Part shown: in pieces, positions 63,385 to 64,000 of the stretch
Layout: each line of letters begins with the position of its first letter
How positions within the stretch are numbered: the stretch's first letter is position 1
Assembly (NCBI RefSeq): GCF_964355755.1
Contig: NC_092670.1
Span: forward strand, 40,102,388-40,166,387
Direction of reading: 5' to 3'
Length of the DNA: 64,000 nucleotides
DNA from: Antedon mediterranea
Lineage: Eukaryota; Animalia; Echinodermata
Program-made: the position numbers and the translations under genes
The notes under the pieces: model-generated
Databases searched by the model: none
Told to the model about the DNA's origin: nothing
The model's input: the letters and a program-made list of their open reading frames with translations, nothing else

Positions 63385-63778
63385 ACGGACCTGCTTGAAG
63401 TTTAAGTGACATCTAATTTTGAGTTGTAGCAAGACAGACCTACTAAAAAGTTGTAGGTGACACAGCTGCTTGAAGTTATAGGTGACATAGCTACTTGAAG
63501 TTGTAGGTGGCACAGCTACTTGCAACTGCAGGTGACACAGCTGCTTGAAGTTATAGGTGACACAGCTACTTGCAACTGTAGATGACATATCTGCTTCAAG
63601 TTGTAGGTGACATATCTGCTTCAAGTTGTAGGTGACATTTGCTTTTGAGTTACAGGTGACATATATGCTTGAAATTGTAGATGACACAGCTGCTTCAAGT
63701 TGTAGATGACGCAGCTGCTTCAAGTTGTAGGTGACACAGCTACTTGCAACTGCAGGTGACGTACCTGCTTCAAGTTGT
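63385..63778. repeat. 25-bp tandem repeat (~15 copies) just 3' of the PDCL3-like stop
   Basis: Unit aagttgtaggtgacacagctgcttg. It explains ORF 63343-63723. Confidence 0.9.
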
Positions 63779-63804
63779 CACAAACTATTATTGGTAGACC
63801 AATA

Positions 63805-63941
63805 TTAGTAGTCATCATCAGAGCTGTCCTCGTTGTTTTCTTTGCCTGTTGATATTGTTAAAGTACTTCTTTGTTTTGGTTTTGGCTTTTCTTCCATGTC
63901 TGTTTTCATTGCACCTATTTGTGACAAATTCCACTCAAGAT
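63805..63941 (-). CDS. PDCL3: Last exon of a phosducin-like protein (PDCL3/PDCL2, PhLP2 type)
   Basis: After acceptor TTTTAG| it translates (D)LEWNLSQIGAMKTDMEEKPKPKQRSTLTISTGKENNEDSSDDDY*, resembling the PhLP2 C-terminus (LEWxLxxxGAxxTDLEExP, acidic tail). The rest of the gene is outside the window. Confidence 0.75.
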
Positions 63942-64000
63942 CTAAAATGTAAAGCAAAACATTTATAGAATTGCAGAATCACAAATGGTGCTTGGGTGTG

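Noticed and set aside
63343-63723. 126-aa ORF with KQLCHLQL repeats
   Set aside because: Translation of the 25-bp tandem repeat downstream of the PDCL3-like stop.

Overview
AT-rich, intron-containing animal genomic DNA (invertebrate; a deuterostome such as an echinoderm is a guess, not established). Coordinates were read and translated by hand. In order, the window holds: (1) the first coding exon of an SLCO/OATP transporter at the left edge; (2) a complete 8-exon SLCO paralog (~707 aa); (3) a single-coding-exon class I SAM-methyltransferase-like gene; (4) a 16-exon PHF20/PHF20L1-type chromatin reader (Tudor-Tudor-C2H2-PHD, ~1563 aa, 27052-57149); (5) an intronless truncated FAN1-like ORF on the + strand; (6) the last exon of a PDCL3-like gene. 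Most interesting: two large BEN-domain ORFs lie in consecutive PHF20 introns on the same strand. Each lacks an N-terminal ATG and starts at a splice acceptor whose phase matches the immediately upstream PHF20 exon. They look like alternative terminal exons giving Tudor-Tudor-BEN proteins instead of the canonical Tudor-Tudor-C2H2-PHD protein, a mod(mdg4)-like variable C-terminus design. A PHF20 intron that splits the PHD finger also carries a tandem cluster of intronless rhodopsin-class GPCRs (two intact, one pseudogene). The rest is MITEs (often nested), LINE 3' remnants and minisatellites. No CRISPR array or prokaryotic system is present.
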